A stretch of DNA of 59,686 bases from Candidatus Nealsonbacteria bacterium (GTDB lineage Bacteria; Patescibacteriota; Minisyncoccia; Minisyncoccales; GWA2-38-27), in NCBI GenBank assembly GCA_030616085.1, contig JAUWYA010000001.1, forward strand, positions 74,692 through 134,377, written 5' to 3'. Below, piece after piece: positions 28,142 to 37,035 of this stretch (positions within the stretch are counted from its first letter, which is position 1; each line of letters opens with the position of its first letter). Below the pieces are notes generated by a model that searched no databases, was not told the DNA's origin, and was given only the letters and a program-made list of their open reading frames with translations. The position numbers and the translations under genes were made by a program.

Positions 28142-29652
28142 AATGGGTTTTTTTAATAAATAACGCGCCGTTTTTAATGGAAGTTCTGGGAGAGTTTGCT
28201 TGTCAGATAGAGGAAGAAGGGGATGAGTGCATCGGGATTATAAGCGGCAAGATTGCCGAGTATAAAAAAAAGAAGTATTTTCCGAATAAGATGAGATTTA
28301 TTTCTAAAATTGATTGGTGTATTAGAAACTTTCAGAGAAATAAAAAAGAATTTGGCAATTTATCGTGGAGAAAAGTCTTTTTTGTCTTTGACAGGCTTAA
28401 ACGATCGGACTTTAGTTATGATAATTCATTAGACATGGTTTCGCAGGTTTATCAATTTTTTGAGTTTATTTTTAGAAAAGAAAGGCCTGATGTGATAATC
28501 AGTGAACCGTGCTCGGGTTTATTTAATGGGATTGCTTATTATTTCTGCCAAATGAATAAAGTGCCTTATTTTGGTTTAACGAGCTCTAGATTTAGAAATA
28601 GGATAGATGTTTATGATTTGGAAACTACTTGTTCAGAATATAGAAAAACTTTTAGAGAAATAAACCCCGTTAGAGATTCTAGGGACAGAGAAAAGATAGA
28701 GAAAGGAGGTATCTCTAACGGGGTAAATAATAATGATATTTCTGACAAAGAAAAGCAGTTTGCAAAGAATTTTATTGAAAAATTTATATCTCATAAAGAG
28801 CTGCCTTCTTATATGGAGTGCCAGAAAATTTATTTTACCCAGTTTGGTTTTATTAAACATTATCTGAGAAGAATAAAAGAACTCGGCCGTCCTTATTTTC
28901 AATATTTTTTAAATAGGAAACATTTTAAAAAGTTTGATTACGAGAGCGAAAATGTTTTCAAAAACGGTTTTCGGGCGCCTTTTAAGGCTGAAAGACGAAA
29001 GTTTAGAATTTTGTCCCAAAAGAATATTTTTAGCCGTTTAAGTAACCTAGATAACAATCAGAAATTTTTTCTGTTTCCTTTACAGCTTCAGCCAGAGGCC
29101 TCAACTTCTGTTTTAGCCACTTATTTTTGCGACCAGTTAAACACTATAAAAAATACAGCATTTGCCTTGCCTCTTCTCTATAAATTATATATAAAAGAGC
29201 ATCCTTCCGCTGTTGGCACTAAACCGAGAAGTTTCTATAAAGAGTTAGAAAAACTTCCTAATGTGGTTTTAATTTCTGCCCATGAAAATGTGGAAAATCT
29301 TATTAAAAAGTCATCAGGAGTTATTACTTTAACCAACACTATTGGAATAGAAGCAGCCCTTGTTGGCAAACCAGCATATGTTCTAGGAAATGTATTTTAT
29401 TCTTATCATCCTTTATGTAGAGAAGTGAAAAGTTTTGAAGAACTGAAAAATAGAATAGAGATGGATTTAATTAATAAGCCAAATACAGAAAACTTAGAAG
29501 ACATTAATTGTCGTTTTATTACTTCTTATTTCAGAAATACAATCCCCGGCATTATTGATGAAGCCGTTCTTAAAAATGACACAAATAATTATCAGTTTAT
29601 GTATAAAAATATAAAGAGATTGTATCAGGAGATAAACAAAAATGCAAAATAA
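28138..29652 (+). CDS. Capsule polysaccharide biosynthesis protein (KpsS-like), carrying an in-frame element insertion
   Basis: FPLQLQPEAST, IKEHP and TIGIEAAL motifs; NPVR...SNGV insert from about residue 176. Confidence 0.72.
   Translation: MKWVFLINNAPFLMEVLGEFACQIEEEGDECIGIISGKIAEYKKKKYFPNKMRFISKIDWCIRNFQRNKKEFGNLSWRKVFFVFDRLKRSDFSYDNSLDMVSQVYQFFEFIFRKERPDVIISEPCSGLFNGIAYYFCQMNKVPYFGLTSSRFRNRIDVYDLETTCSEYRKTFREINPVRDSRDREKIEKGGISNGVNNNDISDKEKQFAKNFIEKFISHKELPSYMECQKIYFTQFGFIKHYLRRIKELGRPYFQYFLNRKHFKKFDYESENVFKNGFRAPFKAERRKFRILSQKNIFSRLSNLDNNQKFFLFPLQLQPEASTSVLATYFCDQLNTIKNTAFALPLLYKLYIKEHPSAVGTKPRSFYKELEKLPNVVLISAHENVENLIKKSSGVITLTNTIGIEAALVGKPAYVLGNVFYSYHPLCREVKSFEELKNRIEMDLINKPNTENLEDINCRFITSYFRNTIPGIIDEAVLKNDTNNYQFMYKNIKRLYQEINKNAK
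28665..28723. mobile_element. Miniature palindromic insertion element, copy 3 (59 bp, in frame)
   Basis: CCCCGTTAGAGAT / ATCTCTAACGGGG perfect 13-bp inverted repeat flanked by TAAA on both sides (28661-28664, 28724-28727); 59+4=63 bp, or 21 codons. Confidence 0.85.
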
Positions 29653-30793
29653 AAAAATTATTTTCTTAATTCCTACACTGAATATAGGCGGCGGCGAAAG
29701 AGTGGCTTCAGAAGTGTCTTTAAATTTGCCAAATTATATTAAAATAACCTTTGTTTTGTTTAAAAATGAAATTTTTTATCCTTATAAAGGAAATTTGATT
29801 TGTTTAAACCTCCCAATTTCTATTAATTTTCTTTTAAGAATATATTACTTTTTTATTGGAATTTTTCGATTTAAAAAAATAGTTAAAAAAGAAAAACCTG
29901 ATTATATAATTAGTTTCTCAAAGCAGGCAGATATTATTAATGTTTTATCTAACAAGAAATCTGACAAAAAAGCGATATTAAGAGTTGACAACTTTATGTC
30001 AGAGGTTTGCAAAGGATTTGAGGGAAGAATATATAAAATTTTTATTAGATTTTTATTCAATAAATCATTCCAAATTATCAGCGTTTCCCAAGCAGCTGTC
30101 GATGATTTAGTCAAAAATTTTGGAATCAAAAAAGAAAAATTTAAAGTAATTTACAATCCTTTAAATGTAAAAAAAATCCAACAAATAATGATAGAACCGC
30201 TTGAAGACAAGTATAAGGAAATTTTTGAAAATCCAGTAGTAATCAATATAGGAAGATTAGCAAGACAAAAAAGTCAAAAGCGTTTGATAAAGGCCTTTAA
30301 AGACGTGAAAAACGAAATAAAAAACGTTAAACTTGTAATTTTGGGGCAGGGTTGTCTTGAGCAGGAGCTAAGACAACTAATTAAAGATTTGAACTTGGAA
30401 AAAGATGTTTACCTTTTAACATGGCAGGAAAATCCGTTTAAATTTTTAGCTAAATCAAAAGTATTTGTTTTATCTTCTTTGTATGAAGGATTTGGCAATG
30501 TAATAGTTGAAGCAATGGCTTGCAGTCTTCCTATTATATCAATGGATTGCAAGGCCGGACCAAGAGAAATTTTAGCTCCAGATACTGATATTAATGATCA
30601 GGCAGAGGATATTGAATACGCTGAATATGGAATTTTAACCCCACCCCTTAATGAACAAAAATTAAGTCAGGCAATGATTGAAATATTAACTAATAAGGAA
30701 TTGTCAGATAGTTTAATTGAAAAATCTAAACAAAGAGCAAATGATTTTGACACGAAAAAGATTATTAAAGATTGGGATTTTTTAGGATATTAA
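29642..30793 (+). CDS. GT4 glycosyltransferase
   Basis: GGGERV, IGRLARQK and SSLYEGFGNVIVEAMAC motifs. Confidence 0.9.
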   Translation: MQNKKIIFLIPTLNIGGGERVASEVSLNLPNYIKITFVLFKNEIFYPYKGNLICLNLPISINFLLRIYYFFIGIFRFKKIVKKEKPDYIISFSKQADIINVLSNKKSDKKAILRVDNFMSEVCKGFEGRIYKIFIRFLFNKSFQIISVSQAAVDDLVKNFGIKKEKFKVIYNPLNVKKIQQIMIEPLEDKYKEIFENPVVINIGRLARQKSQKRLIKAFKDVKNEIKNVKLVILGQGCLEQELRQLIKDLNLEKDVYLLTWQENPFKFLAKSKVFVLSSLYEGFGNVIVEAMACSLPIISMDCKAGPREILAPDTDINDQAEDIEYAEYGILTPPLNEQKLSQAMIEILTNKELSDSLIEKSKQRANDFDTKKIIKDWDFLGY

Positions 30794-30794
30794 T

Positions 30795-31787
30795 ATGACT
30801 ATTGGCTGGATTGAGATTAATAAAAAGAAATATGGCGGAGTTGTTTATGACGACAAAGCTAAAGATATTTTATCTAAAGAATTTGACTTAGATTTAATAA
30901 ATTCTGAGTCAAAATATTTTAAAAAAGTAAGATATCTAAAAATTCCAGAATCTTTATTTTATCTTTTTAAATTAAAAGGAAAAAAAGATTTATGGATAAG
31001 AGATTTTTTCTCTACCATTACTTTATCTTTAAAAAAAACCAAAGGTAAAAATTTAGTTATGGTTCATCATCTTGATCTTTCCGGCCTCCCCTTAATCTCA
31101 AGACCCTTTTTGAATTTACTTAAAAGATTTTTTTTCTATCCCAAGCTCCAAAAAGCAGATGCCATTGTAACAGTTTCTGAATATTGGAAAAATTACCTAA
31201 TAAAGAGGGGATATAAAAATGTTTATAAAATATATAATAGCTTTAATTTATCCAACTTTAATATTTTAGATAAAGAGGTTTTAGATTTTAAACAGAGATA
31301 TAATCTTCAAGATAAACCAATTATTTATTTAGGCAACTGCCAAAAAGCAAAAGGAGTAGTAGAAAGCTATAAAGCCCTGAAGGATTTAAATGTTCATTTG
31401 GTTACCTCCGGGACAAGGCAAGTTAAAATTCCAGCTTTAAATTTAAATTTGGGATATAAAGATTATTTAAAATTATTGAAAGCATCATCAGTAGTAATAA
31501 CTATGTCTAAATTTAAAGAGGGTTGGTGTAGAACTACTCATGAAGCAATGTTGTTAAAAACACCGGCAATAGGTTCGGGCACAGGCGGAATGAGAGAATT
31601 GTTAGAAGGAGGAAAACAGATAGTTTGTGAGGATTTTAGAAAACTGAAGGAAAAAGTAGAATATTTATTAGAAAATCCTGGGGTAAGAGAAAAAATGGGA
31701 GAAAATGGTTATATTTTTGCTAAAAAATTTACCTTGGAGGAGTTTGAAGAAAAATGGATAGATTTAATTGAAAAAGTTTTAAAATAA
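30795..31787 (+). CDS. GT4 glycosyltransferase
   Basis: KAKG and KEGWCRTTHEAM (ExxxxxxxE) motifs. Confidence 0.8.
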   Translation: MTIGWIEINKKKYGGVVYDDKAKDILSKEFDLDLINSESKYFKKVRYLKIPESLFYLFKLKGKKDLWIRDFFSTITLSLKKTKGKNLVMVHHLDLSGLPLISRPFLNLLKRFFFYPKLQKADAIVTVSEYWKNYLIKRGYKNVYKIYNSFNLSNFNILDKEVLDFKQRYNLQDKPIIYLGNCQKAKGVVESYKALKDLNVHLVTSGTRQVKIPALNLNLGYKDYLKLLKASSVVITMSKFKEGWCRTTHEAMLLKTPAIGSGTGGMRELLEGGKQIVCEDFRKLKEKVEYLLENPGVREKMGENGYIFAKKFTLEEFEEKWIDLIEKVLK

Positions 31788-31790
31788 TGT

Positions 31791-32684
31791 ATGCTTAAAG
31801 AGTATTATCAAATTATAAAACAATTATTTTGTATATTAATAATTAATCCAAGATATTTTTTCAAAAGAATTTTTCTTGAATTAAAAGCTTTTGTTTTGCC
31901 GCTTCCCAGGTCTTCTATTTTAAAGAAAATGAATGGAGTATTATTTAGATTTGATTTTGATTATAGTCCAAACATAAAAAGAATGTATTTCAAAATCTAT
32001 GAACCGGGAATTGGTGAAATTTTAAGAACTTTTTTAAAAGAGGGGGATAGCTTTATTGATGTTGGGGCAAGTATCGGCTATTTTAGCGCAATTGCTGCTG
32101 GATGTGTTGGAAAGAATGGAGAAGTTCATAGTTTTGAACCTATACCCGAATATTTCTCAAAACTGAAAAGTTTTGCTGAAATGAATAGAGAATACAAAAT
32201 AAAGGCAAATCAATGTGCCTTAGGCGACAAAGAAGAATCTAAAAAAATCTATATTAAAGGTTATCCTTATATTGGAAGCAATTCATTTTTCCCTAAGTTA
32301 TTGTTGACAGATAATGTAAAAGAGAATAAAAATAAGACTGCTGAAGTTCCTATTCAACGGCTTGATAAATATATTAAAGAAAGAAAAATAAATAATATAA
32401 AGATGATAAAAATTGACGTAGAAGGTTTTGAGTTTCCAGTACTTTTGGGATTAGAGAGATATTTTTTAAGATGTCAAGATACTGGTTTTTATCCTTTGAT
32501 TATATGTGAAATTATTGCGAGCGTTTATCCTTCTTTGGAGTATAAATTAGAAGACCTTTTTGATTATATGAAAAGATTTTCTTATTACCCATTTGAAATT
32601 ATTAATACTAAGAAAAGAATAAAGATAGATAAAATAAGGAAAAAAGGATTAGTTAATGTTTTTTTTAAATTTTGCAAACCATGA
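31791..32684 (+). CDS. FkbM family methyltransferase
   Basis: IDVGASIG, SFEP and IKIDVEGFE motifs. Confidence 0.9.
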   Translation: MLKEYYQIIKQLFCILIINPRYFFKRIFLELKAFVLPLPRSSILKKMNGVLFRFDFDYSPNIKRMYFKIYEPGIGEILRTFLKEGDSFIDVGASIGYFSAIAAGCVGKNGEVHSFEPIPEYFSKLKSFAEMNREYKIKANQCALGDKEESKKIYIKGYPYIGSNSFFPKLLLTDNVKENKNKTAEVPIQRLDKYIKERKINNIKMIKIDVEGFEFPVLLGLERYFLRCQDTGFYPLIICEIIASVYPSLEYKLEDLFDYMKRFSYYPFEIINTKKRIKIDKIRKKGLVNVFFKFCKP

Positions 32685-34081
32685 AATTCTTAATACCCAT
32701 TATTTTAGGTCTGACAATTATTGGTTTTTTTGACAAAACCTTAGCCATAGGCTTTATATTTATTGGTTTTCTGTGTCTAATTACCTTTTTAGTATTTTCT
32801 AAGACCAGAATAAAAGGCAAAGCATTGGTTTTACTTATTTTAATTACCCTTTTGATTCATATTGGAGCGGTCTTATTTGTCCATTATGCTAATTTTCAGC
32901 CCTTTAGCGGCGGATCCGGCGATTATACTGTTTATCAGGAGCGAGCCCAAGAAGTAGCCCAGAGAGTTCGTCAAGGAAATTTTTCTTTAGAAGGAGTGAC
33001 AGGTCATCGTTATCCGGTGATTATAGGATATATATATGTCCTTACAACACCGGAAATGCTTATTGGTCAGTTATTTAGCGCTTGGTTAGCAGTTATTTCT
33101 GTTCTTTTAACTTATTTAATAGTTCTTGAAATCAACGGTTCAAAAAAACAGGCCTTTTTAATTGGTTTAATTGTTTGTCTTTATCCAAGTTATCTTTTTT
33201 ATGGAAGTTTATTACTTAAAGATACTTTAGTTATCCCTTTGACTTTATTTGGACTTTTATTAACCTTAAAACTAATTAAGAATTTTTCCTGGAGAAATTT
33301 TCTATTTTTTTGTATTATTTTAGGAGCTGTAACCCATTTTCGCTTTTATATCGGTTACGCGCTTTTATTCACTTTTATTCCTTGCTGGCTCCTGGTTTCT
33401 AAATTAAATTTAAAGAAAAAATTTATCTATGGAATAATAATTATCATTGTTTTAGGGTTTGTACCTCAATTTTTAGGTCATGGTTATTATGGGTTCAAGA
33501 GCATCAAAGGATTTCTAAATCCAAAGACCATTGTTCATTATCGAGAGATAGTTTATGCTCCTGTGTCTTCTTCAATTGTTGAAGCTCCAGAGATATCAGA
33601 TCCAGAGACATCAGTCCCAGAGACATCAGTCCCAGAGACATCAGGCCTAGAGAGGGTTTTTAAAAAAATAGTTGTAAAAATATTTCCTAATATTGAAAAA
33701 GCGCCAAGCGTGAATAGGTCATCAATAGAAGTAAAAACAGAGATTGAGAAGCCTTCTAATTTTTTAATAAATTACTCAAAATCTTTTATTTATGTATTAT
33801 TAGGACCTCTACCTTGGCACATACAAAATTATCGGCAACTGTTTGTTTTATTGGAAACCATTCCTTGGTATTTTTTACTATTTTTTGTAATAAAAGGAGC
33901 TTTTATAACCTTAAAACAAAAACGTATTGCTTTACCTTTATTGGTTTTTAGTATAATATCATTAGGCGTTCTCGCCCTTTTTATAAGTAATTTTGGAATT
34001 ATTACCAGGATTCGTATGCCTAGTTTTATAGCTCTTTTATGTTTAATCCCACTGGGTTTTAAAAAATTTTTAAAGATATGA
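32681..34081 (+). CDS. Polytopic membrane protein, Wzy/GT-C-like (polymerase or ligase candidate)
   Basis: Many TM segments; GDY, LLKD and NFGxxxR motifs; hydrophilic loop with PETSV repeats. Confidence 0.55.
   Translation: MKFLIPIILGLTIIGFFDKTLAIGFIFIGFLCLITFLVFSKTRIKGKALVLLILITLLIHIGAVLFVHYANFQPFSGGSGDYTVYQERAQEVAQRVRQGNFSLEGVTGHRYPVIIGYIYVLTTPEMLIGQLFSAWLAVISVLLTYLIVLEINGSKKQAFLIGLIVCLYPSYLFYGSLLLKDTLVIPLTLFGLLLTLKLIKNFSWRNFLFFCIILGAVTHFRFYIGYALLFTFIPCWLLVSKLNLKKKFIYGIIIIIVLGFVPQFLGHGYYGFKSIKGFLNPKTIVHYREIVYAPVSSSIVEAPEISDPETSVPETSVPETSGLERVFKKIVVKIFPNIEKAPSVNRSSIEVKTEIEKPSNFLINYSKSFIYVLLGPLPWHIQNYRQLFVLLETIPWYFLLFFVIKGAFITLKQKRIALPLLVFSIISLGVLALFISNFGIITRIRMPSFIALLCLIPLGFKKFLKI
33587..33653 (+). 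repeat. 15-bp coding tandem repeat, about 4.5 units
   Basis: CCAGAGACATCAGTC consensus encoding PEISD-PETSV-PETSV-PETSG. Confidence 0.9.
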
Positions 34082-34896
34082 AAATTATTATTAAACCAAA
34101 AAAAGGATTAGCTAATTTAGATTTTAAGGAACTATGGTTATATAGGGAGCTTTTTTACTTTTTTGCCTGGCGGGACATTAAATTGCGCTATAAACAAACT
34201 ATTTTTGGGATTGCCTGGGCAGTGATGAGGCCCTTTATCACTATGGTGGTGTTTACTGTTGTTTTTGGTAAGTTAGCTAATATGCCTTCAGATAATATTC
34301 CTTATCCTATTTTTGTTTATGCCGGGCTTTTACTCTGGAATATTTTTTCAAATTCTCTCAGTGATTCTAGTCAAAGTTTGATGAGGAATATTAATATTAT
34401 TCAAAAAGTTTATGTGCCCAAAATAATTGTACCGACCGCTTCTATTATCGTGAGTTTGGTTGATTTTTTGTTCGCTGCTTTGATTCTTGGAGGAATTCTT
34501 ATTTATTATGATTTTATGCCTCATTTTCAAGGATTACTTCTTTTGCCTCTGCTTTTACCGATAGTTATTTTTGCCAGTTTGGGTTTAGGTTGGTTTTTTG
34601 CTGCTGTTAATGTTAAATATCGCGATGTTCGTTATGCTTTGCCTTTTTTTATTCAATTACTAATATTTGTAACGCCGGTTATTTATCCAGTAAGTATTGT
34701 TCCCCAAAAATATCAATGGATTTTGGCTTTAAATCCAATGACTGGAGTAATAGAGACCTTTAAAGCAGGTTTTTTAGGCACTACTTCAATAAATTGGCTG
34801 ACTTTGGGAATTTCAGCTGTTGTTAGTATTATATTTTTGATTTTTGGTTTATTATATTTTCTTAAAACTGAAAAAACTTTCGCTGACGTAATTTAA
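34078..34896 (+). CDS. wzm: Polysaccharide ABC transporter permease
   Basis: RDIKLRYKQT, YRDVRY, TPVIYP and LNPM motifs. Confidence 0.93.
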   Translation: MKIIIKPKKGLANLDFKELWLYRELFYFFAWRDIKLRYKQTIFGIAWAVMRPFITMVVFTVVFGKLANMPSDNIPYPIFVYAGLLLWNIFSNSLSDSSQSLMRNINIIQKVYVPKIIVPTASIIVSLVDFLFAALILGGILIYYDFMPHFQGLLLLPLLLPIVIFASLGLGWFFAAVNVKYRDVRYALPFFIQLLIFVTPVIYPVSIVPQKYQWILALNPMTGVIETFKAGFLGTTSINWLTLGISAVVSIIFLIFGLLYFLKTEKTFADVI

Positions 34897-34898
34897 CG

Positions 34899-36212
34899 AT
34901 GCCAAAATATATGTCAATAATTAAAGTTGAAAATTTATCAAAAAAATATCGGATTTCTCGTCGAAAAAGGAACATAATTTATTCTGCCTCTACTACTATC
35001 CGTGATGAATTAACCGATACTATAAAAAAACCATTCCAATGGTTGTCTGGTCAAAAAACAAGCAAAGAGAATGTCTGGGCTTTAAAAGATATAAATTTTG
35101 AAGTTGAACATGGTGAGATTCTGGGAATCATTGGGTCTAATGGGGCAGGAAAAAGCACTCTTTTGAAAATTTTAACCCGGATTACCCCACCAACTGAGGG
35201 GAAAGCGATTATTAATGGTCAGGTGAGTAGTTTATTAGAAGTAGGAACTGGTTTTCATTCCGAGTTAACCGGCAAGGAAAATATTTATTTTAATGGGGCG
35301 GTTTTAGGAATGAGAAAAAAAGAGATTGAGAGAAAATTTGATGAAATTGTAGAATTTGCTGGAGTCGGGAAATTTTTAAATACTCCAGTTAAACGTTATT
35401 CCAGTGGAATGACTGTAAGATTAGCTTTTTCAGTAGCTGCTCATCTTGAGCCAGATATTTTATTGGTTGATGAGGTTTTATCAATTGGCGATGCTGCTTT
35501 TCAAAAGAAATCTTTTGGCAAAATGGAAGAAGTTACTAAACAAGGTGATAGAACTATTCTTTTTGTCAGTCATAATATGGAAGCAATCCAGGGTTTATGT
35601 AAAAGAACAATATTATTGGATAAAGGAAAAATAATTAAAATTGGTCCAACCGAAGAAATAGTTCGGAGTTATTTAGGTTCCAGCAAGATTTCTCCAGCTG
35701 AGAAAACCTGGGAAAATATTCATCAGGCGCCTGGAGATGATATTATTCGCTTAAAGGCTGTAAGGGTTAAAGATGAGTCAGGTAAGATTTCCGAAAATAT
35801 TGATATTAGAAAACCGGTTTTTATTGAGATAGAATATTGGAATTTAAAACCAGGCCCTCAAAGAGTAACCGGTCTTCATTTTTGTAACGAAAAAGCAGTT
35901 CCTCTCTTTACGTCTTATGATTTGCATAATTTGGACTGGCGCGAAAAAATTCTAAAAACAGGTTTAGTAAAATCAATTTGCAAGATTCCTGGTAATCTTT
36001 TTGCTGAAGGACGTATTTTTGCAAACATTACCGTAAGTACTTACCTTTTTGTTTTGCTTAAGCATGCTAAGGCGCTCAATGCTGTTTCATTTAATGTATT
36101 TGATCCTTTTAGCGGAGACAGCGTGCGTGGAGATTTTAAGGACTCCTGGGCTGGTCTTGTTCGTCCTATGCTTGAATGGGAAAATGTTTTTGAGGAGAAA
36201 GAAATAATATGA
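34899..36212 (+). CDS. wzt: Polysaccharide ABC transporter ATPase with C-terminal extension domain
   Basis: GSNGAGKS, YSSGM, LLVDE and FVSH motifs; about 180-aa C-terminal domain. Confidence 0.93.
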   Translation: MPKYMSIIKVENLSKKYRISRRKRNIIYSASTTIRDELTDTIKKPFQWLSGQKTSKENVWALKDINFEVEHGEILGIIGSNGAGKSTLLKILTRITPPTEGKAIINGQVSSLLEVGTGFHSELTGKENIYFNGAVLGMRKKEIERKFDEIVEFAGVGKFLNTPVKRYSSGMTVRLAFSVAAHLEPDILLVDEVLSIGDAAFQKKSFGKMEEVTKQGDRTILFVSHNMEAIQGLCKRTILLDKGKIIKIGPTEEIVRSYLGSSKISPAEKTWENIHQAPGDDIIRLKAVRVKDESGKISENIDIRKPVFIEIEYWNLKPGPQRVTGLHFCNEKAVPLFTSYDLHNLDWREKILKTGLVKSICKIPGNLFAEGRIFANITVSTYLFVLLKHAKALNAVSFNVFDPFSGDSVRGDFKDSWAGLVRPMLEWENVFEEKEII

Positions 36213-37033
36213 CTTTAAAAAAATTAAAATTCGGCGTAATTGGCGTAGGAATGGTGGGTGGAGCTTTGAAAAGCTATTTTGAAAAGCAAGATATTAAACC
36301 ATTTTTATACGATAAAGGTAAAAATCTCGGTTCTGTTGAACAAGCAAATCAGGCTGACATTATTTTTATTTGTGTTCCAACTCCATTTTCTCAAGAAAAG
36401 GGTTTTGATTTATCTTTTGTTGAACAGGCCTGCGAAAATATTTCTTCACAAAAAATTATAGTGATTAAGTCAACTGTTTTGCCTGGCACCACAGAGAAAC
36501 TTCAACAAAAATATCCTCAGCATAAATTTCTATTTAATCCTGAGTTTTTAACTGAACTTACTGCTGATCAAGATATGCAGTACCCAGATAGACAGATTAT
36601 TGGCTATACAAAACAAAGCTATAATATAGCAGGAGATGTTTTGCAGATTTTGCCTTTAGCGCCTTTTGAGAAAATAATGCCGGTTACTGAAGCTGAAATG
36701 GTTAAATATTTTGGCAATACTTGGTTTGCAGCTAAAGTTATTTTCGCAAATCAGATGCACGATCTGTGCAAAAAAATCGGAATTGATTATGAAAGAGTGA
36801 TGGAGGCAGTTGCTGTTGATAAAAGGATTGGGAGAACGCATCTTGAGGTTTTTCATAAAAATTATCGTGGATATGGAGGAAAATGCTTAGTAAAAGATAT
36901 TAGAGCTTTGATTCAGTTTGCTAATGACCAGGGCATTGATTTAAAACTTCACAAAATAGTTGAGGAAATTAATAATAAATTAATGCAAGAGCAGGGGATA
37001 GATGACCCAGAAAAATTCTCAAAAAGAAATTAA
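36209..37033 (+). CDS. ugd: UDP-glucose/GDP-mannose dehydrogenase family protein (short, lacks C-terminal UDP-binding domain)
   Basis: GVGMVG, ICVPTP, KSTV, NPEFL and GYGGKCLVKD motifs. Confidence 0.8.
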   Translation: MTLKKLKFGVIGVGMVGGALKSYFEKQDIKPFLYDKGKNLGSVEQANQADIIFICVPTPFSQEKGFDLSFVEQACENISSQKIIVIKSTVLPGTTEKLQQKYPQHKFLFNPEFLTELTADQDMQYPDRQIIGYTKQSYNIAGDVLQILPLAPFEKIMPVTEAEMVKYFGNTWFAAKVIFANQMHDLCKKIGIDYERVMEAVAVDKRIGRTHLEVFHKNYRGYGGKCLVKDIRALIQFANDQGIDLKLHKIVEEINNKLMQEQGIDDPEKFSKRN

Positions 37034-37035
37034 TT

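Noticed and set aside
7670..28723. Elements as integron attC sites (GTTAG/CTAAC cores)
   Set aside because: Core order is reversed relative to attC, they lie inside genes with target duplications, and no integrase or cassette array is present
33587..33653. CRISPR array
   Set aside because: Contiguous 15-bp coding repeats with no spacers and no cas genes
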